From the NCBI GenBank assembly GCA_038087875.1, contig CM075988.1, positions 10,542,001 to 10,606,000 on the forward strand: a DNA stretch of 64,000 bases. The letters are read 5' to 3'. The stretch comes from Malacoraja senta (Eukaryota). The translations under genes were made by a program, and so were the position numbers. Below the pieces are notes generated by a model that was given only the letters and a program-made list of their open reading frames with translations, was not told the origin of the DNA and did not search any database. Below, in pieces: positions 25,077-36,995 of this stretch (position 1 is the stretch's first letter; every line of letters begins with the position of its first letter).

Positions 25077-25290
25077 TTGATCATCGTCCCCTTTGATCTG
25101 TGTTTTCACACCTTACTCTTCCATATCTCTATGTCTCCCTCTCCCCTGACACTCAGTCTGAAGAAGGGTCTTGACCTGAAACATCACCCATTCCTTCTCT
25201 CCAGAGGTGCTGCCTGTCCCGTTGATTTACTCCAGCATTTTGTGTCTGTCTTCAGTGTATACCAGCATCTGCAGTTCCTTCCTACACCTT
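25077..25290 (+). repeat. Longer Penelope-terminal repeat with a decayed hammerhead core
   Basis: ctcagtctgaagaagggtcttgacctgaaacatcaccc...cagcatctgcagttccttcctacac. Confidence 0.75.
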
Positions 25291-25562
25291 CCCATGCTAC
25301 CTTAACTTTATTTCCCCACAGGATGTAGGAGGTTAAAGCACACCTTTAGATTCATTAATCAAAATAAAGAAACACTATATTTTGAATCACATTAATCCAG
25401 ATAAATGAAAGTGTAAAATAGATTGAAAAGAAATGTGCTTCAACTTGTAGGCATTTACATGTTACATGGTTTAAAACGATAGACAGTGGGACAAAACATT
25501 CATTCCATTCACCTACAGCAGTGCAGAAAGTACACAGTGAAAATAATGTTGCAAATAATGTT

Positions 25563-25900
25563 AGGGTGGCGCAGTTGTGAAGCTGGTAGAGCCACTGCCT
25601 CACAACAGCGGAGAGCTGGGTTCAATCCAGACCCTGGTGCTGTCTATGTTGAGTTTCCACATTCTCCCTGTGACCGTGTGGGTTTCTTCCGGGTGCTCGG
25701 GTTTCAGTCCCATATTCCAAACAAATGCATGGTTTGTATGTGAATTGGTCTCTGTAAACTGCCTCTAATATGCAGAGAGTGGACGAGAAAGTGGGAAAAC
25801 ATAGAACTAATGTGAATGGGTGATCTATGGGCAGCGTGGACTCGGTGATCAGAAGGGATTTGTTTCTATGCTGTATATCAAATCTAAACTAAACTACACT
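25563..25900 (+). mobile_element. V-SINE (HE1-like), near full length
   Basis: tRNA-like head, central V-domain-like block, (ctaaa)n tail. Confidence 0.75.
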
Positions 25901-26224
25901 GTGTGCTGGCTGATGATCAAACCCACCCAATATTGATTAATTAAAGTGCATAATCGCATAGTTATTGTGACAACAAGGAGTTTGCTGCAGTGAGATTAAA
26001 ACACTAGAAAACATCTGCTTCTTTAAATGTCTGTGCAATGTCGACAATAATTCTTGCCAATATTCCTACACCGCCTAGTGCAATAACTAATGCAAGCAGA
26101 ATAAAGATTCCTGGTTTCTTCTTCATAAATTATATGTGAAAATTAGCTACAAAATGGGCAAACAATTGTATGTTCTGTTGAACAAGCCTCCTTCCAATAT
26201 CTATTGTTGCAGTCACCTGCACTT

Positions 26225-26870
26225 AGGTTTAAGGTGAGAGGAGAAAAGATTTAATAGGAACCTGAGGGGCAACTTTTTCACACAGATGGTGGTGTGTCTA
26301 TAGAACGGGCTACCAGAGGAGGTTGTTGCGGCAGCTACTATAACAACATTTAAAATACATTTGGATGCATGGATAGAACCTGAGGGGCAACTTTTTTACT
26401 CAGACGGTGGTGAGTTTATGGTACAAGCTGCCAGAGCAGGCAGTTGAGGCAGGTACTAAAATAACATTAAAATCACATTTGGACAGGTACACAGATAGGA
26501 AAAGCTTAGAGGGATATGGGCCAAATGCAACCAGATGGGCCTAGCATAGATGGGGCATCTTGGTCAGCATGGACAAGTTGGGCTGAAGGGCCTGTTTCTG
26601 CATTCTATGACTCTAGATCTGCCAAGGAAGCTAAACAGAAGAAACAAGGAACTCTGTGGAATTCTTTCCCACAGAAGGCTGAGGAGGTCAGGTTTTTTTT
26701 AAGGCAGAGGCAGATAGAGTCTTGATTAGTACAGGTGTCAGGGGTTATGGGGAGAAGGCAGGAGAATGGGGTTAGGAGGGAGAGGTAGATCAGCCCTGAT
26801 TGAATGGCGGATTACACTTGATGGGCCGAATGGCCTAATTCTACTACGATCATTTATGGCGTTATGACAT
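26225..26870 (+). mobile_element. Stacked CR1 3' fragments
   Basis: aacctgaggggcaacttttt present twice; two CR1 3' UTR ends. Confidence 0.75.
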
Positions 26871-27081
26871 GAACTGCAAATGCTGGTTTACGCAAAAGGA
26901 CACAAAGTGCTGGAGTAACTCAGTGGGTCAGGCAGCATCTCTGGAGAACATGGATAGGAGACATTTCTCGTTGAGACAATCATTCAGATTTATTGTGTAA
27001 GGCAGTTGCTTAATCTACAATGAAATACTTGTGTTCTGATTCATTCCCATGCCTCAGCTCTCTTGACTCACCAGATTATAC

Positions 27082-27131
27082 TCATCTGCATTTGCACTGT
27101 GGGATAAATACCACAGTGCAAATGCAGATGA
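27082..27131. repeat. Perfect 21-bp inverted repeat with an 8-nt loop
   Basis: tcatctgcatttgcactgtgg-gataaata-ccacagtgcaaatgcagatga. Confidence 0.95.
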
Positions 27132-29364
27132 TTCTTTTGATCTTATTTTAAGTCCAGATCTCTTATTCATATGCATTGGGTGCATCTCCATATATTTCTT
27201 GCAAGAAGCAACATATAACTACTTTTTTGAATGATCTGAAAGCAAAAGCATTTGTATATCAAAGTTACCACTGAGTTAGCCCCACCTTTAATTCAGAGGT
27301 TCTGAGACAAATTATAGCACGCCTCACTGTTACCCCTAAATGTGACTAGATCATCATAGAAACCGACAGAGGTAAAAGTGAAGCATGTCTCTGGGTGTGT
27401 GTAACTCAGTGTGAAGCCTCTGCAATCAAAAATTAACCTCTCCACATGACACTGTGGTGGCTACATGGAATTTCTTTCAATTCATAGATTCGGTTTCTTG
27501 TTTCCTATTGTATTTTCTACAATGGAATGTCTGTTTCTTTTGCCGCTGAGTATTACCAGTGCAATAAATAGAGGTTTGCAATGACTCATTAAGTATGAGC
27601 TCCAATTCATTACTGGGAAATTAACTTAGACTCCTCAGCAAACTGATTTAATGAGAGGCCTTATTAGCTCCCAATCTTAGGACTGCAGTATATACTTTAT
27701 TGAGCCAGAAAGCATTTGGGTTTCCAGAAATTGTCTGTTATACTCTACACATCTTGAAAATGTACGATCCACTGCGCTGTTCTTACTTAAGTTTTATTGA
27801 GTTCTTATGGGAAAAAAAATACAAACCGCAGTAGTGCAGAGACACCTGCACATATGATTTCCTGAAGTACTTTTGCTCCATCTTGCCAGTCGCTAGCAAT
27901 CAGCCAAATCCCCACTTGTGCTCCTTGGCAGGTTTATAAAGCCCCTGTTAAAATATGACATTTTCTCATTATTTAATTAGTGCTCATTTGTCCAATTACC
28001 TGTCACCCCAATCGCACAAACCACCAGATTTGAATACGATGATATCTCTGATCTTCGTCCTCATTTTAATAAGAGAGTACAGATTCAGTAGAATTTTTAA
28101 TAGCCAAGCAAATTAGGCCCTGAGAGAGGGAAGAGTGTGTTATGGTTGGATCAGTCCCTTCCAAATTTAACTGCAGGGCTGGATTATCACATTTTCTATC
28201 TCCATTTCCCAATTACCGTTGGGTTAATTGTTTTTTGAGCAGGCGGGCAGCATGGTCAGTGTGGTTCAGATAATGAGAGGAATATTATATAGAAAATAAC
28301 TGAGCAGAATGATAAATGTAAGAGAAGGGAGAATCAGAGGTGAAGGTCATGGAAGATTTGCTTCAAGGTTTTCAGGATTCCCTTCAAGATGGCGGCAGGA
28401 GCGGCAGACGGAAGAAACGATCGTGGCCAGTGAATGTTCTGAGAGCTTAACTTCCGCACCCTTGGGGTCACTCTGGGTCAGAGGGGGAGTCATCCCAGGG
28501 CATGGAGGTTGAACAATGGCCATGGCTAGGGCCACTGGCGAGCAATGGCGAGGGACGGAGAGTTCACGGGCTGATGTCGAGGAGGCTTGGGAGTGGCCAA
28601 GTCAGCAGAGTGGGCAGCTGGAGGCCTTGAAGCAGCCTGAAGCTCCTTTAGATCAGATGCCCCTCTGGGTGGCCAAAGGAGCAGAAAGGATGTGGCCTGC
28701 AGCGGCACAGAACGGTGGAGTGACAGTGGGGAACATCGACATATTCCCTAGCAAGGCCGATCCCAGTATCTCCGACCCAGTGCCGCTGCCAGGACCATGG
28801 GCCCTTCTGGCCAAGTTAACACTCTAACGTTTTCACAAATAAAATCAGACTTGAAGGGTACAAGATGATGCCTAAAATGTGGCGACTCTTGTGTACGGTC
28901 TCAGCGTGGTCTATTGTCTTTATACTCTTGGTATAATTGTGCCTAATGTATAGTAGGAACGTCATTGAATTACACGCAAAAAGAGTATTTCACTGTACTT
29001 GGGTACATGTGACTATTGAACCATTCATGTTGGAGAGATATCTCAAGGATGGGAGATGTGTGGCATTGGATTGTACCTAAAAAGGGAGATACAGATTATG
29101 CTGGGAGGTATTTTTGGCTGATACGAACATGTTGACGTAGGATCTCTGTACTACTACCAACACATATTGATATCATTCTGCTCAATAACGACTCAAGTTA
29201 TCTAGAACATTTTCAGATGGTCATGCAGCATGAAAACAGGACCTCTGACCCAGAGGTCCACTACAACCATCGACTACCATTTGTACTAATCTAATAACTC
29301 AATTTTATTCTCACCACATTGCCATCAAATCACCCTGATTCGGCCACGCATCAGGGCTAATTGA

Positions 29365-29665
29365 TATTAGTTTCTTCCCAACTGTTATTAGTCAACTGAA
29401 CCATTCTACCAACAACTAGAGAGCAGTCCTGAACTACTTTCCACCTCATGGGAGACTCTCAGACTATCTTTGATCGGACTTTACTGGATGTTATCTTGCA
29501 CTAAATATTATTCACGTTATTCCCTTTATCATGTATCTGTACACTTTGGAAGGCTCGATTGTAATCATCTATTATCTTTCTGCTGTCTGATTAGCACGCA
29601 ACAAAAGTTTCTCACTGTACCTCGGTACACATGACAATAAACTAAACTCAAGCTCAAACTCAATA
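29365..29665 (+). mobile_element. Rex1/Babar-like LINE 3' end nested in a SINE
   Basis: SFFP-like end, ...ctgtacctcggtacacatgacaataaactaaactcaa tail; the same tail occurs at ~58030-58180. Confidence 0.55.
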
Positions 29666-30314
29666 AGCCTATCATGACTGCAGGAAGTTGTAACAAACTC
29701 AAACGTATGGGAGAAACCTACATGGTCATTGGGAGAAATCAAACTGCACACAGGTAACACCAGAAGCCAGGGTCAAACCCAAATTACTGGGGTTTTGAAA
29801 CAGCAACTGTACTAGCAATATCATTATGCCCCTGGGTTTGTTTCTAACAAAATGCAAACTAGCCAAAGACTTTGAAGCAATTTGTATGCTTACATAATTG
29901 CACAAAAGTTCTGCAGAAAGGAATAGATAACTTCTGCGAATTCAAATTAATACGATACCTTCAAATCAGTTTAGATAGGTCCGAGTGTTCTGCATTAAAA
30001 TAATCAATTAAATGGACTTTGCCAATGACATTTTAATATCATTAACATAGATTACTTGCAGGGTAGCCTCTTTCAAAAGACTGATTATTTTAATTTAAAG
30101 GAGAATTGCAATTGTGCAGTTTTACAGGCACTAATCTCTATTTTATATGTCTGTCACATATCTTTGTCAACAAATATGAGTCTTTTGTAACTTCTACTGA
30201 AAGGCTCGATATTAATTTTCAAAAATACATTAGAGACAGGAGTAAACTATTTGGCCACTTGACTGTGTCCTGCCACCAAATAAGATTCTAACTCGGTGCC
30301 CCAACCTCTTTGCT

Positions 30315-30445
30315 GCTGAAGAAGGGTCTCAACCCAAAATGTCCCCCATTCATTCTCTCCCGAGATGCTGCTTCCTGCTGAGTTACTCCAGCATTTTGTG
30401 TCTATCTTTGGTGCAAACCAGCACCTGTGGTTCCTTCCTACCCAA
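30315..30445 (+). repeat. Penelope-terminal/hammerhead repeat copy (decayed)
   Basis: ctgaagaagggtctcaacccaaaatgtcc...gagttactccagcattttgtgtc. Confidence 0.7.
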
Positions 30446-30734
30446 TTAATCTAGTGGGCAAATATCTAATATTCTCAGCCTTGAATATCTAAAGCCCATG
30501 AAGGTGGAGTATTCGCAAAAAAATTACAGATCTTGGCATGGAATTTCTTCTCATCTCAATCAGAAACACCCTTTTGAACTATGCAGACTGAGGAATCATC
30601 AATTCCCTACGTTGTGAATTTCTTCAGAACTTTCCAGGTGAGGTTCTCTTCCTGCTCACTCAGCATCTTTAAGAGATGCAGGATAGATCTAATCAACACA
30701 TGAAATATGCTGGTCTTCACTATAATGTTCCATC

Positions 30735-31020
30735 AGTGATACATCACATCGCATCCTATCCAAACCAATCCAATCCCATCCCATCCAAACTCTTCCACAC
30801 TAATCTCATCCCACCCCATCCCATCCCATTGAATCCCATCCAATCTCATCCAATTCAATCCCATACAATCCAATCCCATCCTTCATCATGCCTTCCAATC
30901 CAATCATCATGGCTTCCCATCCAATCCCATCTAATCTCATCCATCGCATCCCATCGCACCCAATCCCATTCAATGCCATCCCATCATATCCCTTTCCATC
31001 CAATTCAATCACATCCATGT
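30735..31020 (+). repeat. Degenerate (CCCAT/CCAAT)n pentanucleotide microsatellite
   Basis: ccaatcccatcccatcc... over ~280 bp. Confidence 0.9.
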
Positions 31021-31499
31021 TGGTTGCTTGCAGAAATCATAAAGCAGGCAGCACAAGGCAAGGTTGTTGATGTTGCAATCAACAGGCACTCAGGGATGAC
31101 ATGTTGCATCAGTCCTGTCGCAGGGCTGAGTGAATGAATGCTATTATATAATAAGGCTCGCAGTATATGAAGTCTTGTCCTCAGATATGCAGATAGTATA
31201 TGCAGTCCCTTCAGATTGAGGACTTGCTGCCCTTCCAGTTTTGTGGGCCATGAGGTCCAGGTGAGGCGGATGTAGACAGGAACTATACATTCTTCCACAG
31301 ATGTCCACTTTCTTTGTGAGGCGACCTGCTTCTTCTACCTGCTGCACTGGGCTTCCGTGAATAGATCAAAACTCTCAAATCCAAATTCTCCTTCTCCACT
31401 TTGAGTGGCCACAATCTGAGGATTCCCAAGGGTCAGTGGGAATGTTTTATTCATACAAGAATTGAGAGGTGGAACCGACACTGGTTTTAAGTTCACCAT

Positions 31500-31990
31500 T
31501 TTGCCAGCCGTCAACTATACTGCACAAAACAAAGTATCGGAAGTCAACGGATCAGGAACCATCTGTTCAGGGAATGGACAGATGCCATTTTGGGTTCGGA
31601 CACTTCTCAGACCCTGGTTTGGCCCTGGCAGAATTGCTGGGTAGATTTGTTTTTTCCCCCATATTGTATATAATGTTTAATCTCTGCTTTAATCACTGAC
31701 CTTTGTTTCAACTATCTGCCTCTCAATTCTCCATTCCCCTCCCTTATCTGTGTCCATCTATTACCTGCCATGCTTGGTCCTGCCTCTCTCCTCTCCCAGC
31801 TTTCACTTCACCCTCCCTCTACCATCGGTCTGAAGAAGGTCCCCAACCTGAAACATCACCTATCCATGTTCTCCAGAGACGCTGGCTGACCCACTGAGTT
31901 ACTCCAGCACTTTGTGTCCTTTTGTGCTGGAGGAACTCAGTAGTTCAGGCAGCATTGATTGTGGGAATGTTTAGATGACACTTCAGGTTA
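31500..31990. repeat. Cluster of Penelope-terminal repeats in both orientations
   Basis: ggtctgaagaaggtccccaacctgaaacatcacc at ~31827 with inverted partners on either side. Confidence 0.6.
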
Positions 31991-33879
31991 GGAATATTCC
32001 TCTGGCCTTGGTCGGACCCAATCTGAACTGCTGGCTAGAATCTTTATTTTAATCATTTTTTACACAGGATGTGGGCGAGCATAGTGCATAGGTTTATTGA
32101 TCCAACTTTAAATGAACAACTGCCTGCCCTGTACAAAATCAGAATGGGACATCATATTTCCCTTGGCATATAGAGTTTATAGGTTGTGTCCCTGGCTTAT
32201 CTGGAGTGCAATCACTCTGTAGCAGTATTTGCCCTGGTGTCACCGAGGAGAATTCTGCATTGTTCGTTTGCTGCTGACATTCACAATAAATTTGAATAAA
32301 AAGCAACTTTCCCAGTTTGTTTTCAGAAACCACTGGGTAGATTTATTTTGTTCTTTTTTTGTTCAGGATGTGAACATTACAGGTAAGCCATACATTTATT
32401 GTTTATCTTTGAATGCCCTTGGACAGTGTGGCTTGCTGGGTGACTTCAGAGGATGCTCAATGATCAATCACTTCATTGCCCATCTGGATCAGCACATACT
32501 CCAGACTGGGTAAGAATGACAATTGTCTTTGACAATGAAGTGTTTTTTTTGTGTGAAGCATTTCTAGATTATTAGCTGAATTTATATCATGGTGGGATTT
32601 GAACGCAGGTCTTCTGAGACTGTTAGCCTCGGCCTCAAAATTACTGGTCCAATAAATGAACCTCTTTTCTGGTGGGGCTCATCAAGTCCTGCATAGATTA
32701 AATCCCGATTAAATAGCCAATAACAGATTGAAGAGGTGGGCGGAGGAAAGCGAGAGAATGGAAGATGGGATACAAAGAAGAGGAAGACAGGGAGTGCAGG
32801 GAGAGGGATGGAGAGGGAGGGAGGATGTGAGGAGCAAGGAGAAGGAAAGTGGGAGGAAGGATAGGAATGGTTGCTTTAACGTACCGGCCTGTACATCTTT
32901 GTGATGGGAGAAGGAAACAGAAGAACCAAGGAAAAACCAATGCAAACACAGGGAGAGCCTGCAAACTCCACACATATCAGTATTGAGGCAGGATCACCTG
33001 AGCTGTGAAGCAGCACCTCCATTAGCCGCACTAATGTGCTGCCAAAACATGCCCCTCTTTGAATTCAAGCTCAGCCTTAATTGCAGTTCACAATTTGTTG
33101 AATTTCCTGTTAAAAACGGTGCTCATCAGTCGAAACAATTACCACTTAGATTTGCAAAATGGAGTGCTGATTTATATTGGCCTCCACTGAAAAGTGTTTC
33201 ATTTGCTGTGGTGTAGAAACTGAGAGAGTTAGCAATATGAGACTCTGTCAGGCAACACAAAGGTTTGACAGAGAAAGAGAGAGAAAAATGTGTCCAGAAT
33301 ATTTCATTGATTATCGAATATATGAGACATTTACTTGAAATAAGCACACCTGCTTCAATTTTCTTTGCCGTATTATTTTCTAAATATTTTTTTTACAATC
33401 TTAGGAATCTTCCTAGATTGCAATGTTGTGAGCCTTCGGGAACTTGACAACTATGCAAGGCACTTGATCTGTGGATGACATTACAATTCTCTCTCTTGCA
33501 AGTTGTCAAGTGTCTGTTTAGTATTGGTTAAACTTGGTGAAGGGAGTTGATAGACTTCAGCTCAATTGAAGCATATCAGAACGTGCGATGCATTACCTGA
33601 CAATTGTTTTCCTTCAGTGACTCCAATACAGTATTTATTCTGGACCAGCCACACTGAAGGTTGTGGAACGATTGTTGCTTTGTTAATGTGAATGATGCAA
33701 TTGTTATTCTAAATGTATTCCTCCCATCTTTACAAAGCATAGTTTAACTTTGAGATTCCTAGATCATGCTTTCTTATTTGAAGCAGTTATTTAAAGATAA
33801 ATCATTGATGATACAGTGACTCTAAAATTCTAATACAATTAATGAATCTCCCACAGCCTTTGTTAGTCTCAAATTCCCT

Positions 33880-34195
33880 CCGCACCTCCCCCAACCTAGA
33901 CGTCCTGCCCGTTCGACTGTTCGCATCAATATATCCCTTCATTATCACCTCTTCCACAACCAACAATGGACCATTGTGGTCTCCACCTTTCCTTGGTCTT
34001 CAGTGCTGGCTCTGATTTGCTCTGAACCTTTTTAAACTAGTTTCCCTCCCCCCTGACTCTCAGTCTGAAGAAGGGTTTCGACCCAAAACATAATCTATTT
34101 GTTTTCTTCAGCGATGCTACCTAACTGCTGAGTTACCCAAGCATTTTGTGTCTATCTTCAGTGTAATCCAGCATTTGTAGTTCCTTCCTACACAT
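33880..34195 (+). repeat. Long Penelope-terminal repeat copy
   Basis: aacaatggaccattgtgg...ctgactctcagtctgaagaagggtttcgacccaaaac...gttccttcctacac. Confidence 0.7.
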
Positions 34196-34456
34196 TCATC
34201 CCCTCACTTGTGCATGTTTGTCATGCATAAAATTGTATGAAGTTACTTTAGCCTTCTTTCAACACAATCGTTTCTCTGCCTTCTTTAAGTCTTATCCATT
34301 GAGAAATGGTAGAGGCACTTGTGGGAACAATTCACTGGATTGCAAATTTCACTCGCCAGCTCCATGTCATTTCAATATAGAATGGCATTATCAATGCCCC
34401 CATCATTGGTTTCCTCAAAATAGCCTAAAGTTGATGGGAAAACTGTAACCTACAAC

Positions 34457-34660
34457 TTGTGTAGGAAGGAACTGCAGATGCTGGTTTAACCCAGATAGAC
34501 ACAAAATGCTGGAGTAACTCAGTGGGACAGGCAGCATCTCTGCAGAGAAGGAATAGGTTACTAGTGTGAAGAAGGGTCTCGACCTGAAATGTCACCCATT
34601 CCTTCTCTCTGGAGATGCTGCCTGTCCCGTTGAGTTACTCCAGCATTTTATGTCAACCTA
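34457..34660. repeat. Fold-back (head-to-head) Penelope-terminal repeat pair
   Basis: acaaaatgctggagtaactcagtgggacaggcagcatctc...gagatgctgcctgtcccgttgagttactccagcatttt. Confidence 0.85.
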
Positions 34661-34819
34661 CAACCTGTGTTTGTCACTCGCTGAAAATCATGCACCGCTG
34701 CAATTCATACATGAATTAAAATGTTTAAGAAGGAACTGCAGATGCTGGAAAATCAAAGGTAGACAAAAATGCTGGAGAAACTCAGCGGGTGAGGCAGCAT
34801 CTATGGAGCGAAGGAAATA

Positions 34820-34855
34820 GGTGACGTTTCGGGTCGAAACCCTTCTTCAGACTGA
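34820..34855 (-). ncRNA. Minimal type-I hammerhead ribozyme motif (best-preserved copy)
   Basis: Minus strand UCAGU-CUGAAGA-A-GGGU(UUCG)ACCC-GAAAC-GUC-ACC: conserved core boxes, UUCG-capped stem II, palindromic ACGU stem III, GUC cleavage triplet. Confidence 0.75.
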
Positions 34856-35104
34856 TGAATTAAAGAGTGCCAGCTAGGACAAGTATATTCTACCCTCCCA
34901 ATGCACCTATGTTGATGATGACTGGTTTGCTTCAGTAGCCTAACAACACAACATGTCTTTAAGCTTGCAGTGAATTTAAACCACAGGAGTTAGTGCTTCT
35001 GATTTCTGCCTGTGTTAAAAACCTGTGCTTGGCGGCAGCTTGTCTGTGTGCAATTGTGATAGATAGGGGGTGGAACATGTGGCCAGATGCCCAAAAGCAT
35101 CCTA

Positions 35105-35715
35105 GTTCCCTAATCAGGGTATTGAATATAGAATTGGAGCATTATGTGACTGTTTATACAAGATGTAGGTGAGGCTGCATTTTTGGAGGATTGTGTTCAT
35201 TTTTGGTCACTGCTATACGAAGGCTGTTATTAAGCTGGAATAAATGCAGGGAAGATTTTTTGATTATGTTCTGAAGACTCAATGGCCTGAGCTATAGGGA
35301 GGGGTTCGGTAGGCTGGGACTTTACTCCTTAAGTGCACAGGAGGCTGAGGGGTGATCTTGTAGAGATGTATTAAGTTATGAGGGGGAAATATATTAGGGT
35401 GAATGCACAGTCAGCTACCCAGAGTAGGGGAATCAAGAACCAGAGGGCACAGGATAAAATTGAGAGGGGAAAGACTTAATAGAACCTGAGAGGCAAACTT
35501 TTCAAACAGATGGTAGTAGGTGCATAGAATGAGCTGCCAGAGGAGATAGTTGAGGCAGCTACTACAACAGCATTTACTGTAAAAGGCACTTGGACAGGTA
35601 CATGGACAGGAAAGATTTAGGATATGGGCTAAACAGTGGCAAATGGGACTAGTTTAGATGGGCCATGGACGATTTGTGCAGAAGGACCTGTTTCCCTCTA
35701 TATAACTTTATGACT
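35105..35715 (+). mobile_element. Old CR1 3' fragment
   Basis: Degenerate RT C-terminus and CR1 3' UTR. Confidence 0.75.
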
Positions 35716-36759
35716 CCTTAACTAGTATTAATCATGTCTGTTTTATTTACTTTGCACGTGTTTTATTCAGATACTGAAAAACGATTACAATAAAAGCAAG
35801 GATTAGTTAAAATAATGGAAATATTTTGCAGTGCAGAGAGTTCTCCCTGGATATTTTTCAGAAAAAGTTACGTACAGACACAAAACCTTCATCACAAGGG
35901 AGACCATTAAAATCTTGAAAATAAACCTTCTTAAGAAAGTTGATATGAACCTGAGGACTATTACCAAGTAGAAAGGCTGAAAATATTTTGTGGGAGTTCG
36001 GCGTGGTCAACATGGCGGCCGCATTTCCGACGTTATGATTGTGACCACACTTGGAAAATAGATCAGAGTTATTAAACTAAATGACAATCTTACTAAAATC
36101 CCCATTCAGTCTGAAGAAGGGTCCTGACCTGAAATGCCATTCTCTTCACAGTTGTTGTCTGACTCACTAAGTTCTCCAGCACTTTATGTTTTATTAAAAT
36201 TCCCCTTGGACTTAGTAGATTGTGAATGCAAGACCTACTGCAAAGAAATCTATATGATCCAGTCCGGTACTGAGGGGTGCTGCACTGTCAGGTGTTGATC
36301 TGATAATCAACATTGTAACAAAGCCTTGTCAGTTATATGAACATTGCATGGCACTATTCTGTAGGAGAGTGGAGGATTTATTTCCAATTTGCTGGAGAAT
36401 ATTTGTTAAAAAATTTTGAGCAACATTACGGAAATAGGTTGTTTGGTAATAACCATTATGTCATAATTATTTTTGCATTTGTCAGAGTTTGCTACAATCA
36501 ACATGGCTGCCTTCTTGTAGTTACAAGGAACTGCAGATGCTGGTTTACCAAGGAAAGACAACATGCTGGAGTAATTCAGTGGGTCAGGCAGCATCCCTAG
36601 ATAATATGGATAGGTGGCATTTCTGGGCGGTACCCTTCTTCGGAAAGATCTGAAACACCACCTATCCATGTTGTACAGTGATAGCTGCCTTATTTCCAGC
36701 ACTACATTTGTGATCATGCACGAAAATATATCATCATCTCTAACGTGCTGATTCATCTG

Positions 36760-36995
36760 TTGTCAAAGGGTGGTGAATCTTTGGAATTCATTGTTATAGA
36801 AGGCTGTGGAAGCCAAGTCAATGGATATTTTAAGGTGGAGAGTGATAGGTTCTTGATTAGTAAGGGTGTCAAGGGATATGGGGAGGGCAGGAGAATCGGG
36901 TTGAGAGGGAAAGATAGATCAGCCTTGATTGAATGGCAGAGTAGACTTGATGGGCCGAATGGCCTAATTCTGCTCCTACAACTTATGAACGAAGA
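36760..36995 (+). mobile_element. CR1 3' end
   Basis: gtggtgaatctttggaattc...gatgggccgaatggcctaattctgctcc. Confidence 0.75.

Noticed and set aside
30676..31137. 153-aa His/Pro/Ile-rich ORF
   Set aside because: Translation of a pentanucleotide microsatellite
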